IMG/VR virus record: IMGVR_UViG_3300008120_000224
Location: 1 to 28,430 of that record
Source: a virus
Lineage: Duplodnaviria > Caudoviricetes
Direction: 5' to 3' (one strand)
DNA: 28,430 bases
Position 1 is the stretch's first letter. Each line of letters starts with the position of its first letter. The notes below the pieces were generated by a model, which was not told where the DNA came from, ran no database searches, and saw only the letters and a list, made by a program, of their open reading frames with translations. This document shows, one piece after another, positions 15,872-26,430 of the stretch. Made by a program: the position numbers and the translations under genes.

Positions 15872-15901
15872 CTCAACCCAAACAACGAAAGGTAGCGCCT
15901 A

Positions 15902-16831
15902 ATGGCAATTCCATCAGGTTCCCTAACCGGAACATCGGACATTAGCAACCTCGTCAAAACCGCATACGACCAATATGTTCGTATGGCTCTCCGTAGCATC
16001 CCGGTAATGCGTGCGATTGCAGATGTCAAGCCAGTACAACAGGCAATGCCAGGTTCATCAGTTGTATTCTCAATCTATTCAGATCTAGCTCAGGCTACAT
16101 CTACATTGACAGAAACATCAGATGTATCAAGCATTGCACTAGGTAACCCAAACCAGGTTACAGTAACACTGAACGAATACGGTTCAGCAGTTACAACAAC
16201 AAAGAAGCTAAACCTAACTTCTTTCAACGATGTAGACTCAGCACTTGCTGACATCATCGCTTACAACTCAGCAGACTCTATTGATGCTGTAGTTGCTGGA
16301 GTTCTTACAGGTGGCTCAAACGTCATCTACGCAGGAACTGCAACAACAACCAACACCATCACATCTTCAATGACAATGGCTGTTGCTGATATCCGTGAGG
16401 CTGTAACACAGCTTCGCACAAACAAGGCTGTGCCACGTATCAATGACTTGTACGCTGCATACCTCCACCCACGTCAGGCAGCTGACCTCCGTGCTGAATC
16501 AGGCACAGGCGGCTTCCAGGCGCTCACACAGTACGTTGACCGCACACCATTCGTGGCTGGTGCAGTTGGCGTAATCGAAGGTGCGTTTGTAGTTGAGACA
16601 CCACGTGTCCCATTCGCTGCAAACTCAGGATCAGTTAACGTCTACAAGGCTGTTATCGCTGGTCGTGAAGCACTTGCTGAAGCACAGGGTCAGGACATCT
16701 CTACCGTTATCGGACCAGAGATTGACGCACTCCGTCGTTTCCGTACCATCGGTTGGTACTATATGGGTGGCTTTGCACGCCTCCGTGAAGCAGCACTCTA
16801 TCGTATTGAGTCAGCAGCTTCAATCAACTAA
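15902..16831 (+). CDS. Major capsid protein (HK97 fold, N4-gp56-like)
   Basis: 309 aa; VTVTLNEYG, AYLHP..AADLR, GVIEGAFVVET and C-terminal IGWY..GFARLRE motifs; strongly biased codon use; strong hairpin downstream. Confidence 0.92.
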   Translation: MAIPSGSLTGTSDISNLVKTAYDQYVRMALRSIPVMRAIADVKPVQQAMPGSSVVFSIYSDLAQATSTLTETSDVSSIALGNPNQVTVTLNEYGSAVTTTKKLNLTSFNDVDSALADIIAYNSADSIDAVVAGVLTGGSNVIYAGTATTTNTITSSMTMAVADIREAVTQLRTNKAVPRINDLYAAYLHPRQAADLRAESGTGGFQALTQYVDRTPFVAGAVGVIEGAFVVETPRVPFAANSGSVNVYKAVIAGREALAEAQGQDISTVIGPEIDALRRFRTIGWYYMGGFARLREAALYRIESAASIN

Positions 16832-16838
16832 GTGCAAC

Positions 16839-16868
16839 GGTGGGGGGCAGGGAAACCTGCCCTTCATC
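16839..16868 (+). terminator. GC-rich hairpin after the capsid gene (terminator or stabiliser, no U-tract)
   Basis: GGTGGGGGGCAGG-GAAA-CCTGCCCTTCATC: 13 bp with G-U pairs and a GNRA loop; extendable by AAGTG/CACTT. Confidence 0.7.
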
Positions 16869-16887
16869 ACTTAAGAAGGGAAGATGA

Positions 16888-17211
16888 ATGCCGTATAACT
16901 TGGTAACTCCTTGGGAGAACGAAACCTGGTGTGACAGTACATACTTTAATACGTATGCACGTTTGGCAGGACGACCACTTGCTGGTGGTTCTTATACTGG
17001 AGCTGTGCCATCTTTTCTTACAGATGTTCCACGTGGTGTAACACTTCTAGTAAACGGTACAACCGTTACTGAAAGCAGAACTCCATATCAGGATGACTTA
17101 GCAAATGCTGACACCTATTATCTAGGTGGCCACGCCTATACGCTATCTGATGCAGAAGCGCAGATCCTAATAGATGCTGGTTACAGCGAATATCTAACAC
17201 CGGTGGCTTAA
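16888..17211 (+). CDS. Hypothetical virion protein (107 aa)
   Basis: AAGGGA RBS; motif YYLGGHAYTLSDAEAQILIDAGY. Confidence 0.8.
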   Translation: MPYNLVTPWENETWCDSTYFNTYARLAGRPLAGGSYTGAVPSFLTDVPRGVTLLVNGTTVTESRTPYQDDLANADTYYLGGHAYTLSDAEAQILIDAGYSEYLTPVA

Positions 17212-17480
17212 TGGCAAAGCATTGGGAAGTACATCCAGAAGAAGTAGCAGGTTGCTTCGGATGCAAGGCTATGGGCCTTCAGATGAATACAGGTGCAGCA
17301 AGCAGTCGTGGTATACCCACTGCCAAGCAGCACGATAAAGAGTTGGGTGCGTATTACGACGCAGTTCGACAAGGCATTGAACCTCGTTCAACGAGACAGC
17401 CTGATATTGATGCAGCAGTAAGAATCAGTAATGAAGGCGGCAAGGCCTTTGACGGAATCAACCTAACATACAAGGAGTAA
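17211..17480 (+). CDS. Hypothetical protein with HxxxH-x6-CxxC motif (89 aa)
   Basis: MAKHWEVHPEEVAGCFGCK; TAATG coupling. Confidence 0.8.
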   Translation: MAKHWEVHPEEVAGCFGCKAMGLQMNTGAASSRGIPTAKQHDKELGAYYDAVRQGIEPRSTRQPDIDAAVRISNEGGKAFDGINLTYKE

Positions 17481-17483
17481 AAA

Positions 17484-17645
17484 ATGAAGGAAGAAGCATA
17501 CGCTAAAGAAAACGGCAAAGCGTTTGAATATGTCAAGAACGTTGAAGAAGTAGAAGCCTATCCTCTAGCAGACAAGCAGTTTGCATCTAACCGTAAGTAT
17601 ATGACATACGAGTCAATCTCTACTGGCGTCGGTGGTAAGAAGTAA
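17484..17645 (+). CDS. Hypothetical protein (53 aa)
   Basis: MKEEAYAKENGKAFEYVKNVEEVEAYPLADKQFASNRKYMTYESISTGVGGKK; AAGGAG RBS; not in ORF track. Confidence 0.8.
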   Translation: MKEEAYAKENGKAFEYVKNVEEVEAYPLADKQFASNRKYMTYESISTGVGGKK

Positions 17646-17740
17646 TGTGTGCTAAGTGCGGATGTAAGTGCAAGGCAGGTAAGCCACAAAAGGGCTGCAA
17701 GTGCAGCTGTGCAACTTGCAAGAATGCTAGGAAGAAGTAA
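17645..17740 (+). CDS. Metallothionein-like Cys/Lys-rich peptide (31 aa)
   Basis: MCAKCGCKCKAGKPQKGCKCSCATCKNARKK; 8 Cys, 9 Lys; TAATG coupling at both ends. Confidence 0.8.
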   Translation: MCAKCGCKCKAGKPQKGCKCSCATCKNARKK

Positions 17741-17910
17741 TGAAGAAGGCTAAAGGCGCTAAGAAAGTTGCCAAGGTTATGCGCGAGTTTAAAGCTGGCA
17801 CACTTCATTCAGGTAGCAAGGGTCCAGTAGTCAAGAACAAAAAGCAGGCTATTGCTATCGCTCTTTCTGAGGCAAAGATGTCTAAGAAGAAAATGGGCAA
17901 GAAGAAGTAA
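17740..17910 (+). CDS. Small basic protein, DUF6496-like (56 aa)
   Basis: MKKAKGAKKVAKVMREFKAGTLHSGSKGPVVKNKKQAIAIALSEAKMSKKKMGKKK; KVMxEFKxGxLHSG...KQAIAIALSEA motif, family name from memory. Confidence 0.85.
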   Translation: MKKAKGAKKVAKVMREFKAGTLHSGSKGPVVKNKKQAIAIALSEAKMSKKKMGKKK

Positions 17911-18171
17911 ATGGCCAAGGATCCACGCTTAGAACGTGCAGGTGTAGAAGGCTTTAACAAGCCTAAGCGCACACCTAGCCATCCAACTAAATCACACGTT
18001 GTCGTTGCAAAAGAAGGCGACAAGGTAAAGACAATCCGCTTTGGTCAGCAAGGCGTCACTGGCGATAAGAAGCCAACAGCAAGACAAGCATCATTTAAAG
18101 CACGTCACGCAAAGAACATTGCCAAGGGCAAGATGAGTGCGGCGTACTGGGCAGATAAGGTGAAGTGGTGA
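17911..18171 (+). CDS. Basic phage protein (86 aa)
   Basis: IRFGQQG...SFKARH...SAAYWADKVKW motif that I recall from aquatic phages; function unknown. Confidence 0.85.
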   Translation: MAKDPRLERAGVEGFNKPKRTPSHPTKSHVVVAKEGDKVKTIRFGQQGVTGDKKPTARQASFKARHAKNIAKGKMSAAYWADKVKW

Positions 18172-18326
18172 AGAAGAAAGCATTTTGGGATACAAAGAAT
18201 CCTAAGAAAACATCTAAGACATTAACACCTGCTCAAAAGGCTGCAGCTAAGGCTAAGGCAAAAGCAGCAGGGCGACCATATCCAAACTTGGTCGATAACG
18301 CAGCAGTATCTAAAAAGAAGAAGTGA
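18168..18326 (+). CDS. Small basic protein (52 aa)
   Basis: GTG start overlapping the upstream TGA; MKKKAFWDTKNPKKTSKTLTPAQKAAAKAKAKAAGRPYPNLVDNAAVSKKKK; not in ORF track. Confidence 0.8.
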   Translation: MKKKAFWDTKNPKKTSKTLTPAQKAAAKAKAKAAGRPYPNLVDNAAVSKKKK

Positions 18327-18334
18327 GGTAGACG

Positions 18335-18630
18335 GTGCCAACAGGTAACGCAGGATCAACTCTGGTAGCAGAATTAAATAGACTAGCCAATGGTGGCACC
18401 TATCCTCCAATTACTTCTTATCTTGATGAGGCAGGCGCAGCCCGTGCTTGGGCTGCAGCACGCTCTGTAACTATTTACCATACAGATACAGTAGGAGTTC
18501 TTAATGACATTGCGGGTATCCCGGATGGTGCGGATGGGCGCCTTGACTACACTGGTATATGTAATTACCTCGCTGGTACTACTGGCCTTACTGCAAACGC
18601 AGCACTCCAAAGTATTGATGAAGGTGCTTG

Positions 18631-18631
<1 letters not shown>
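18335..18631 (+). CDS. Hypothetical virion protein (98 aa)
   Basis: GTG start after GAGGT; recurring (L/C)NxLAG-like motif (LNRLAN, LNDIAG, CNYLAG). Confidence 0.75.
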
Positions 18632-20030
<1,399 letters not shown>

Positions 20031-20033
20031 GTT

Positions 20034-20042
20034 TGCTATACT
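20034..20042 (+). promoter_or_regulatory. Extended -10 promoter giving a leaderless mRNA
   Basis: TGcTATACT, then 6 nt, then the ATG at 20049; no SD upstream. Confidence 0.7.
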
Positions 20043-20048
20043 GTCAAG

Positions 20049-21107
20049 ATGAAAATAGCCATCTATACAATCAGCAAGAATGAGGAAAAACACGTTGAGC
20101 GCTGGTACAACTCCACAAAGGAAGCTGACTACCACCTGCTCGCAGATACAGGATCAACAGACAGAACAGTTGAAATTGCTAGAAGTCTTGGTATTACTGT
20201 CTTTGAAATATCTGTCGTACCCTTTAGGTTTGATGACGCGAGAAATGCGTCGTTAGCGTTATTACCGCCAGACTTTGATTACTGCATTGCACTAGATGTA
20301 GATGAAGTACTCACACCTGGTTGGCGACAGGCGCTAGAAGCACCCCTTGCTGCAGGTATTGATAGACCTTCGTATAGAAGAATCGAAGCGTTCCACGAAG
20401 ACGGAAGTGTTGCTTCAGAGTTTGATGGCTTTAAGGTACACCGCAGACAAGGTATTAGGTGGAAGTACCCAATCCACGAAGTACCAGAATGGTACAAAGA
20501 AGAACCTGAAGTTAAAGGTCGCATTGAAGGTTTTGAAACGCACCACTTGCAGGATAAGACAAAGTCTAGGGCGCAGTACTTAACGCTACTAGAGGCTGCA
20601 GTGCGTGAGAATCCAGATGCTAGAAACTTGTACTACCTTGGTAGAGAACAGTCCTACCACAACCAGTTGAAAGAATCTACTGAGTCACTGAAGAAGTACT
20701 TAGAGTTAAGTATCTTTCCAGAAGAGCGTAGCGCAGCTTGTCGAATCTTATCTAAGTCAGACCCAAAAAATGCTGAAGAGTGGTTGACAAGAGGTACTGA
20801 AGAGTATCCGTGCAGAGAATCAATACTAGGTCTTGCTAACTATTACTACGTAAACCAAGAGTGGGATGCGTGCTTATTAGTAGCAAAAAAGGCTTTGGAG
20901 TATGACAAGAAGCCTATGTCCTTTTTGTCTGAGTCTTGGGCGTGGGGATCAATGGCCGATGACCTGATTGCAATTAGCAGTTGGCAACTTGGAGATTTTG
21001 AAACAGCAGTAAAGCACGGAACTAAAGCAGTAGAGATAAACCCAAATGATGAACGCTTGGTTAAAAACCTTGAGTTCTATAAGGAGAAACTAGATGGCAA
21101 CCCTTAA
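20049..21107 (+). CDS. GT2-family glycosyltransferase with C-terminal TPR repeats
   Basis: IAIYTISKNEE, DTGSTDRT, FDDARNASL, DxD motif (ALDVDE), W..PIHE; helical TPR-like C-half (NLYYLGRE; AVEINPNDERLVKNL). Confidence 0.92.
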   Translation: MKIAIYTISKNEEKHVERWYNSTKEADYHLLADTGSTDRTVEIARSLGITVFEISVVPFRFDDARNASLALLPPDFDYCIALDVDEVLTPGWRQALEAPLAAGIDRPSYRRIEAFHEDGSVASEFDGFKVHRRQGIRWKYPIHEVPEWYKEEPEVKGRIEGFETHHLQDKTKSRAQYLTLLEAAVRENPDARNLYYLGREQSYHNQLKESTESLKKYLELSIFPEERSAACRILSKSDPKNAEEWLTRGTEEYPCRESILGLANYYYVNQEWDACLLVAKKALEYDKKPMSFLSESWAWGSMADDLIAISSWQLGDFETAVKHGTKAVEINPNDERLVKNLEFYKEKLDGNP

Positions 21108-21990
21108 CGATATCATCAGTGAGATTCGTTCTTCACTCGCAGGTTTTACCTTGCGACAAGATCGTATTACTTACTTGACGAGCGCTTTAAATACTACAGA
21201 TACTGCTATCCAGATTGGCTCATCAGCCAACCTTGCTAAGGGTATTATCGAAATTGATGATGAACTCATCTGGGTTGATAACTTTACACAATCAAGCAAC
21301 ACAATGAACGCGGCTCCTGGGTTTGGTCGCGGATATCAGGGAACCTCAGCTGCTCCACACGCGGTTAATTCACAAGTAATTCTTACTCCATCATTCCCAC
21401 GTACCAACATCCAGCAGGCAATCAACGACACAATCAACTCTGTCTATCCTAAGCTCTGGGCTGTTTACTCAACTACATTTACTTTTAACGCAAGCCAGAC
21501 AACATACGCGCTACCAGATGATGCAGACAATATCCTGTATATGTCTTGGCAGACTACTGGTTCAAGCCGTGAGTGGTTGCCTATCAACCGTTGGCGTCAA
21601 GACCTTATGGCTAACGTTGCAACATTTAATACACAGAAGACTATTAACATCTATGAGAACATCCAGCCTGGTAGAACAGTACAGGTTTGGTATATGGCAA
21701 AGCCACAGACTATGACAAGTGGCACCGATGACTTCAGCGCAGTAACTGGTCTACCAGAATCCTGTAGAGATGTCATTGTCTATGGCGCAGCATATCGTCT
21801 GCTCTCCTTCGTAGACCCAGGTCGTATCAACTTGACATCAGCTGAAGCGGATCTTGCAGATAGCAAGGTGCCAGGAGCAGCCGGTGGTAATGCTTCTCGT
21901 TACATCTATGCACTCTACAACCAGAGACTGCAGGATGAATCACTCAAACTTACAAACATCTACCCAGTGCGTTTACACTACACGAAGTGA
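21094..21990 (+). CDS. Putative head-tail adaptor / tail tubular protein A-like
   Basis: MATLNDIISEIR start, QAIND..N.VYP, TYALP, LPE...DVIVYGAAYRLL; carries an inserted beta domain. Confidence 0.65.
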   Translation: MATLNDIISEIRSSLAGFTLRQDRITYLTSALNTTDTAIQIGSSANLAKGIIEIDDELIWVDNFTQSSNTMNAAPGFGRGYQGTSAAPHAVNSQVILTPSFPRTNIQQAINDTINSVYPKLWAVYSTTFTFNASQTTYALPDDADNILYMSWQTTGSSREWLPINRWRQDLMANVATFNTQKTINIYENIQPGRTVQVWYMAKPQTMTSGTDDFSAVTGLPESCRDVIVYGAAYRLLSFVDPGRINLTSAEADLADSKVPGAAGGNASRYIYALYNQRLQDESLKLTNIYPVRLHYTK

Positions 21991-22000
21991 GGAATAGCAA

Positions 22001-22807
22001 GTGACAAGAAAATATAGTTCAACTTCGGTTGCCACAACATTAGCGGCAGGTGTTAACAGTTCTGCCTTGAGCATCACGGTAGCATCTGGTACGGGTGCAG
22101 CACTTATGGGCGGTGTGACGTTATCACCAGGTAACGTAGATACCTTCGCTGTCGCACTTGACTATGACACCATCAACGAGGAAATCGTTTGGGTCACCAA
22201 CATCTCTGGAGATGTACTTACTATTGACCGCGCTGAGGCTGGTACTACAGCAATCGCACATACAGCTGGCGCATCTGTAAAGCACGTCTTTACTGGAGAT
22301 GACGCAACCTTCTTCACAGCAGGAGTTGCTACAGCAGATGCTGCAATCCCTGAGGCTATTGTGACAGCAAAGGGTGACCTGCTTGTAGCGCAGACAAGTG
22401 CAACTGTAGACAACCTAGCGGTTGGAACTAACGGTCAGGTACTGACAGTAGATAGCACACAGACACTTGGTGTTAAGTGGTCTACACCTGCTACAACAGA
22501 TCTTACATTCAACGCACAGACCGGTACAACGTATCAGTTGGTAATCGGTGACCTTAACAAGTTGGTTACCTTAAGCAACGCTAGCGCTATTACCTTAACT
22601 GTACCTAACGGTACCTTCACAGCAGGACAGCAGATTAACGTACAGCAGATTGGTGCAGGACAGGTCACTATCGTCAGCGATGGAACTACAGTGCTGACAT
22701 CAACCGGTGCTACATCTACTGCTCCTAAACTGCGAGCGCAGTACTCAGCTGCAACAATTATCTGTACCTCAAGCAACAACTTTACAGTCGTGGGGGACCT
22801 AAGTTAA
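22001..22807 (+). CDS. Tail fibre protein
   Basis: N-terminal anchor (EEIVWVT...R...GT.A.AH..GA.V), TAKGDLLV...LAVGTNGQVLTVDS shaft motif, and a C-terminal domain shared with the collagen protein. Confidence 0.8.
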   Translation: MTRKYSSTSVATTLAAGVNSSALSITVASGTGAALMGGVTLSPGNVDTFAVALDYDTINEEIVWVTNISGDVLTIDRAEAGTTAIAHTAGASVKHVFTGDDATFFTAGVATADAAIPEAIVTAKGDLLVAQTSATVDNLAVGTNGQVLTVDSTQTLGVKWSTPATTDLTFNAQTGTTYQLVIGDLNKLVTLSNASAITLTVPNGTFTAGQQINVQQIGAGQVTIVSDGTTVLTSTGATSTAPKLRAQYSAATIICTSSNNFTVVGDLS

Positions 22808-23361
22808 TGTCACCAATTCTAGGAATCTGGGCATCCCAGATATCAGGACACCTTTGGGCACCTGCCGGTGCCTATGATGCTTTGGGTACGCTGACATTGT
22901 CTGCAAATGCAACAAGCGTAACTATTTCTGGCATTCCGACTGGATATAAGCATTTGCAAATTAGAGCAAACGTTCTTACTAGTCATCCAAATAACGATTT
23001 AGGAGTTCGTTTTAATGATGACTCTGCAGGGAATTACAACACTCATACACTTTACGGTTCAGGCAGCGTAGCAGGTTCTTTAGCTATATCAAACTCAACT
23101 TTCTTGGGAGCCGCTTTTAGCCAGCCAAGTGATTATCCTGGATCATTTGTTATGGATGTCCTTGATTATTCTAGTAGTAATAAATTTAAAACTACTCGTT
23201 CGTTGTGGGGTCACGATAGAAATGGTGGCAGTGGATACGTTGGTTTATATTCAGGCGCTTGGCGTTCCACTTCAACAATTACTTCAATTACTTTTTATAA
23301 TACATTTAGCGGTTCAACAATCAATACAAATACGCAATTCGCCTTGTACGGCGTAAAGTAG
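22807..23361 (+). CDS. Tail-fibre tip protein, paralogue 1 (184 aa)
   Basis: SVTISGIPTGYKHLQI...RFNDDS..NY...W.ST..ITSI...FALYG domain. Confidence 0.75.
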   Translation: MSPILGIWASQISGHLWAPAGAYDALGTLTLSANATSVTISGIPTGYKHLQIRANVLTSHPNNDLGVRFNDDSAGNYNTHTLYGSGSVAGSLAISNSTFLGAAFSQPSDYPGSFVMDVLDYSSSNKFKTTRSLWGHDRNGGSGYVGLYSGAWRSTSTITSITFYNTFSGSTINTNTQFALYGVK

Positions 23362-23371
23362 AGGAGAGACG

Positions 23372-24727
23372 ATGGCTACCAATACATACGTTGCACTTGA
23401 TAAAGTAACAGTAGGAACTGCTACTGGAACCATCTCGTTTAACTCTATTCCACAAGGGTACACAGATTTAATTATTGTTGCTAAATATGGAACATCAGGT
23501 TCTGGTAACTCTATGGGTATGCGTTTTAATGGAGATACTGGAAGTAACTACTCAATCACTACGCTTTATGGCACTGGTTCAAGCGCCCTTAGCGATAGAG
23601 CATCCAATCAATCTTATTCTCTTTTTGCGTACAACATTACTTCATCAAGCTCTTCAACTCTTGATACACAAACAATCTTAAATATACAAAACTATTCAAA
23701 TACAACTACTAACAAAACTGTTTTAGAAAGAACTGCATCTATAGGTAGCGCTTATCCAGGAACAGAAGCAGGAGTTACTCTTTGGAGAAACACCGCAGCA
23801 ATTACTAGCTTGCAACTTATATCTATTGGTTACACTTTCCAAACAGGCTCCACATTCTCGTTGTACGGCATCGCTGCAGCTTCAGTCGGAGCCAAGGCAA
23901 CTGGTGGAACTGTCTACTCAGATGACCAGTACTACTACCACGTCTTCGGATCAACCGGTACATTTACTCCGTTGCAATCACTGAGCGTTGATGCTCTTGT
24001 AATTGCAGGTGGCGGTGGTGGCGGTGGCTCTGCATCTGGTGGTTACAATGGTGGTGGCGGTGGTGGAGCCGGTGGTCTTCTTGGTCTTACATCTCAATCA
24101 TTATCAGCAACTGGTTACACAGTAACCGTTGGTGGCGGTGGAGCAGGTGGCAACCCAGGAATTGGAACACAAGGTTCAAGTTCAGTATTTAATAGCAACA
24201 CTGCAATCGGTGGCGGTTACGGCGCAGCACAAGCTGCAAACACAGTTGGTGGCAACGGTGGCTCAGGTGGTGGTGCATCGCAATACGGTTCAACATCTAG
24301 CGGTGGAACTGCAACATCAGGTCAAGGCTTTGCTGGTGGTTCATCTAATGGACAAGCAGGCGGTGGTGGTGGCGCAGGAGCCGCTGGTACTAACGGAGTG
24401 AACTCAACATCAACATACGGTGTTGGTGGTGTTGGCTCTACAACTTATTCAACGTGGGGTCTTGCAACTGGCTTTGGTCAGAATGTTTCTGGAACTGTTT
24501 ACTTCGCAGGTGGTGGTGGCGGTGGTAAGTACTTTGATGCAGGCGCAGGTCCATTAGGTGGATTAGGTGGCGGTGGCAATGGTGCCGCTAAAGAAACTTC
24601 ATCAACAGGTACTGGTACTGCTAACACAGGCGGTGGTGGTGGTGGTGCAGGTGGTAGCGCAGGTTCAAACCTTTCAGGCGCAGCTGGTGGATCCGGCGTA
24701 GTTATAGTTCGTTACTTGAAGGCTTAA
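23372..24727 (+). CDS. Tail-fibre tip protein, paralogue 2, with glycine-rich domain (451 aa)
   Basis: Same N-terminal domain, then KATGG..YYYHVF.STGTF...LVIAGGGGG...GGSGVVIVRY polyglycine domain. Confidence 0.8.
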   Translation: MATNTYVALDKVTVGTATGTISFNSIPQGYTDLIIVAKYGTSGSGNSMGMRFNGDTGSNYSITTLYGTGSSALSDRASNQSYSLFAYNITSSSSSTLDTQTILNIQNYSNTTTNKTVLERTASIGSAYPGTEAGVTLWRNTAAITSLQLISIGYTFQTGSTFSLYGIAAASVGAKATGGTVYSDDQYYYHVFGSTGTFTPLQSLSVDALVIAGGGGGGGSASGGYNGGGGGGAGGLLGLTSQSLSATGYTVTVGGGGAGGNPGIGTQGSSSVFNSNTAIGGGYGAAQAANTVGGNGGSGGGASQYGSTSSGGTATSGQGFAGGSSNGQAGGGGGAGAAGTNGVNSTSTYGVGGVGSTTYSTWGLATGFGQNVSGTVYFAGGGGGGKYFDAGAGPLGGLGGGGNGAAKETSSTGTGTANTGGGGGGAGGSAGSNLSGAAGGSGVVIVRYLKA

Positions 24728-24740
24728 GGGAGATTAACTA

Positions 24741-26102
24741 ATGCCAGCTAACTACATTCTTTTAGAGCGCATTGAACTCAATGCCTCAGCAGCAAGCGTC
24801 ACATTCTCCAACATCCCACAATCGGGCTATACCGATTTGAAGGTTGTTATGTCTGCTCGTATTACTCGTTCAGGTTTTCCAACAGATATTATGAATGTAT
24901 CGTTCAACGGCACAAGCACAAACGAGTCTAGCCGAAGAATGGAAGGTAATGGCTCAAGTGCTTCATCTGCATCTAACTCATTGCTTCTTGCATATCAAGC
25001 ATCTTCAACAGATGCAACAGCAAATACATTTGGTAACGCTGAGTTCTATATTCCTAACTACACCAGTAGTAATTACAAGTCAGCATCTAATGATGGTGTT
25101 TCAGAGAACAATGGAACAACTGCTTATGCTGGTTTTGCTGCCAACTTATGGAGCAATACAGCAGCAATTACAAGCATTACATTTACACCCGACGCCGGTT
25201 CTGATTTTGTTCAATATAGTTCCTTCTCGCTATACGGCCTAGCAGCAGTAGGCACAACGCCTGTGATTGCTCCAAAGGCAAGCGGTGGAAACATCATCAA
25301 TGATGGTACTTACTGGTACCACACCTTTACTTCAACCGGTGCTTTCGTACCGCAGACAGGACTATCTTGTGACGTACTTGTAGTTGCTGGCGGTGGTGGT
25401 GCCTCACGTGGTGGTGGCGGTGCAGGTGGAGTTGCTTACTACGCAACTCAATCACTAACAACAACTAGTTATACTTGCACAATCGGCGCAGGTGGTGCTG
25501 GTTCCACAGACAGCGAAGGCTCAAACGCTGCAAAAGGAACATCAGGTGTTAACTCAAGTTTTACTGGTCTTACTGCAGCAGTCGGTGGCGGTGGAGCAGG
25601 TGCCGATTATTCAACAGTTAATAACGGATTAAATGGTGGTTCTGGTGGTGGTTCAGGTTATGGACGACCAAGCTCTGATACACGTGCAACAGGCACAGCA
25701 GGACAAGGCAGTAGCGGTGGTTTAGCTCTTTCAGATTCCACAACATATACATCCGGTGGTGGTGGCGGTGGCGCTGGCGCACAAGGCGGAGACGTTAATA
25801 GCGGTTCTAAAACAGGTGGAGTTGGTGGAGTAGGTGTATCTACTTATTCATCTTGGGGAACAGCAACTGGTATCGGAGAAAATGTATCAGGCACTTATTA
25901 CTTTGGTGGTGGCGGTGGTGGCGGTGGTAACACTTACGCTGGCGGTGCTGGTGGTTACGGTGGTGGTGGTGCAGGCAAGAACACAGGATCTTCTAACAAC
26001 GGTTTGACTAATACCGGTGGCGGTGGTGGCGGTAACGCCGATGGTGTTACTTGCGGTCAAGGCGGTTCAGGCGTAGTAATTATTAGATATCCAATAGCGT
26101 AA
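24741..26102 (+). CDS. Tail-fibre tip protein, paralogue 3, with glycine-rich domain (453 aa)
   Basis: Same two-domain architecture as 23372-24727 (YWYHTF.STG.F, LVVAGGGG, GGSGVVIIRY). Confidence 0.8.
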   Translation: MPANYILLERIELNASAASVTFSNIPQSGYTDLKVVMSARITRSGFPTDIMNVSFNGTSTNESSRRMEGNGSSASSASNSLLLAYQASSTDATANTFGNAEFYIPNYTSSNYKSASNDGVSENNGTTAYAGFAANLWSNTAAITSITFTPDAGSDFVQYSSFSLYGLAAVGTTPVIAPKASGGNIINDGTYWYHTFTSTGAFVPQTGLSCDVLVVAGGGGASRGGGGAGGVAYYATQSLTTTSYTCTIGAGGAGSTDSEGSNAAKGTSGVNSSFTGLTAAVGGGGAGADYSTVNNGLNGGSGGGSGYGRPSSDTRATGTAGQGSSGGLALSDSTTYTSGGGGGGAGAQGGDVNSGSKTGGVGGVGVSTYSSWGTATGIGENVSGTYYFGGGGGGGGNTYAGGAGGYGGGGAGKNTGSSNNGLTNTGGGGGGNADGVTCGQGGSGVVIIRYPIA

Positions 26103-26112
26103 AGGAAAACAA

Positions 26113-26430
26113 ATGGCTCACGCAGCAGAAGTAGATAGCAACAACACAGTCGTTCGTGTACTTGTAGTACCGGATGAGCAGGAACACCGTATCCAAGATT
26201 ACTTGGCTAACGAGTTGGGACTTGGTGGTACTTGGGTACAGACCAGTTACAACGCACGCATCCGTAAGAACTATGCAGGTATCGGTTATACATACGATGC
26301 AGCACGCGATGCCTTCATCGCACCTAAGCCAGAGTGCCACGACACCGTGACCTTTGACGAAGAAACTTGCACCTGGTCTTGTCCAGATGCTTCACACGTA
26401 ATCATCATAGGAGAAGAAACAAATGGCTGA
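26113..26430 (+). CDS. Small protein accompanying Gly-rich fibre genes, possible assembly chaperone (105 aa)
   Basis: MAHAAEVD.NN.V.RVLVV...WVQTSYN..IRKNYAGIGYTYD..RDAFIAPKP motif; AAGGA RBS. Confidence 0.8.
   Translation: MAHAAEVDSNNTVVRVLVVPDEQEHRIQDYLANELGLGGTWVQTSYNARIRKNYAGIGYTYDAARDAFIAPKPECHDTVTFDEETCTWSCPDASHVIIIGEETNG

Noticed and set aside
23372-26102. Diversity-generating retroelement TR/VR pair among the Gly-rich paralogues
   Set aside because: The copies diverge at all base types, there is no near-identical ~100-bp repeat, and no reverse transcriptase lies in the window.
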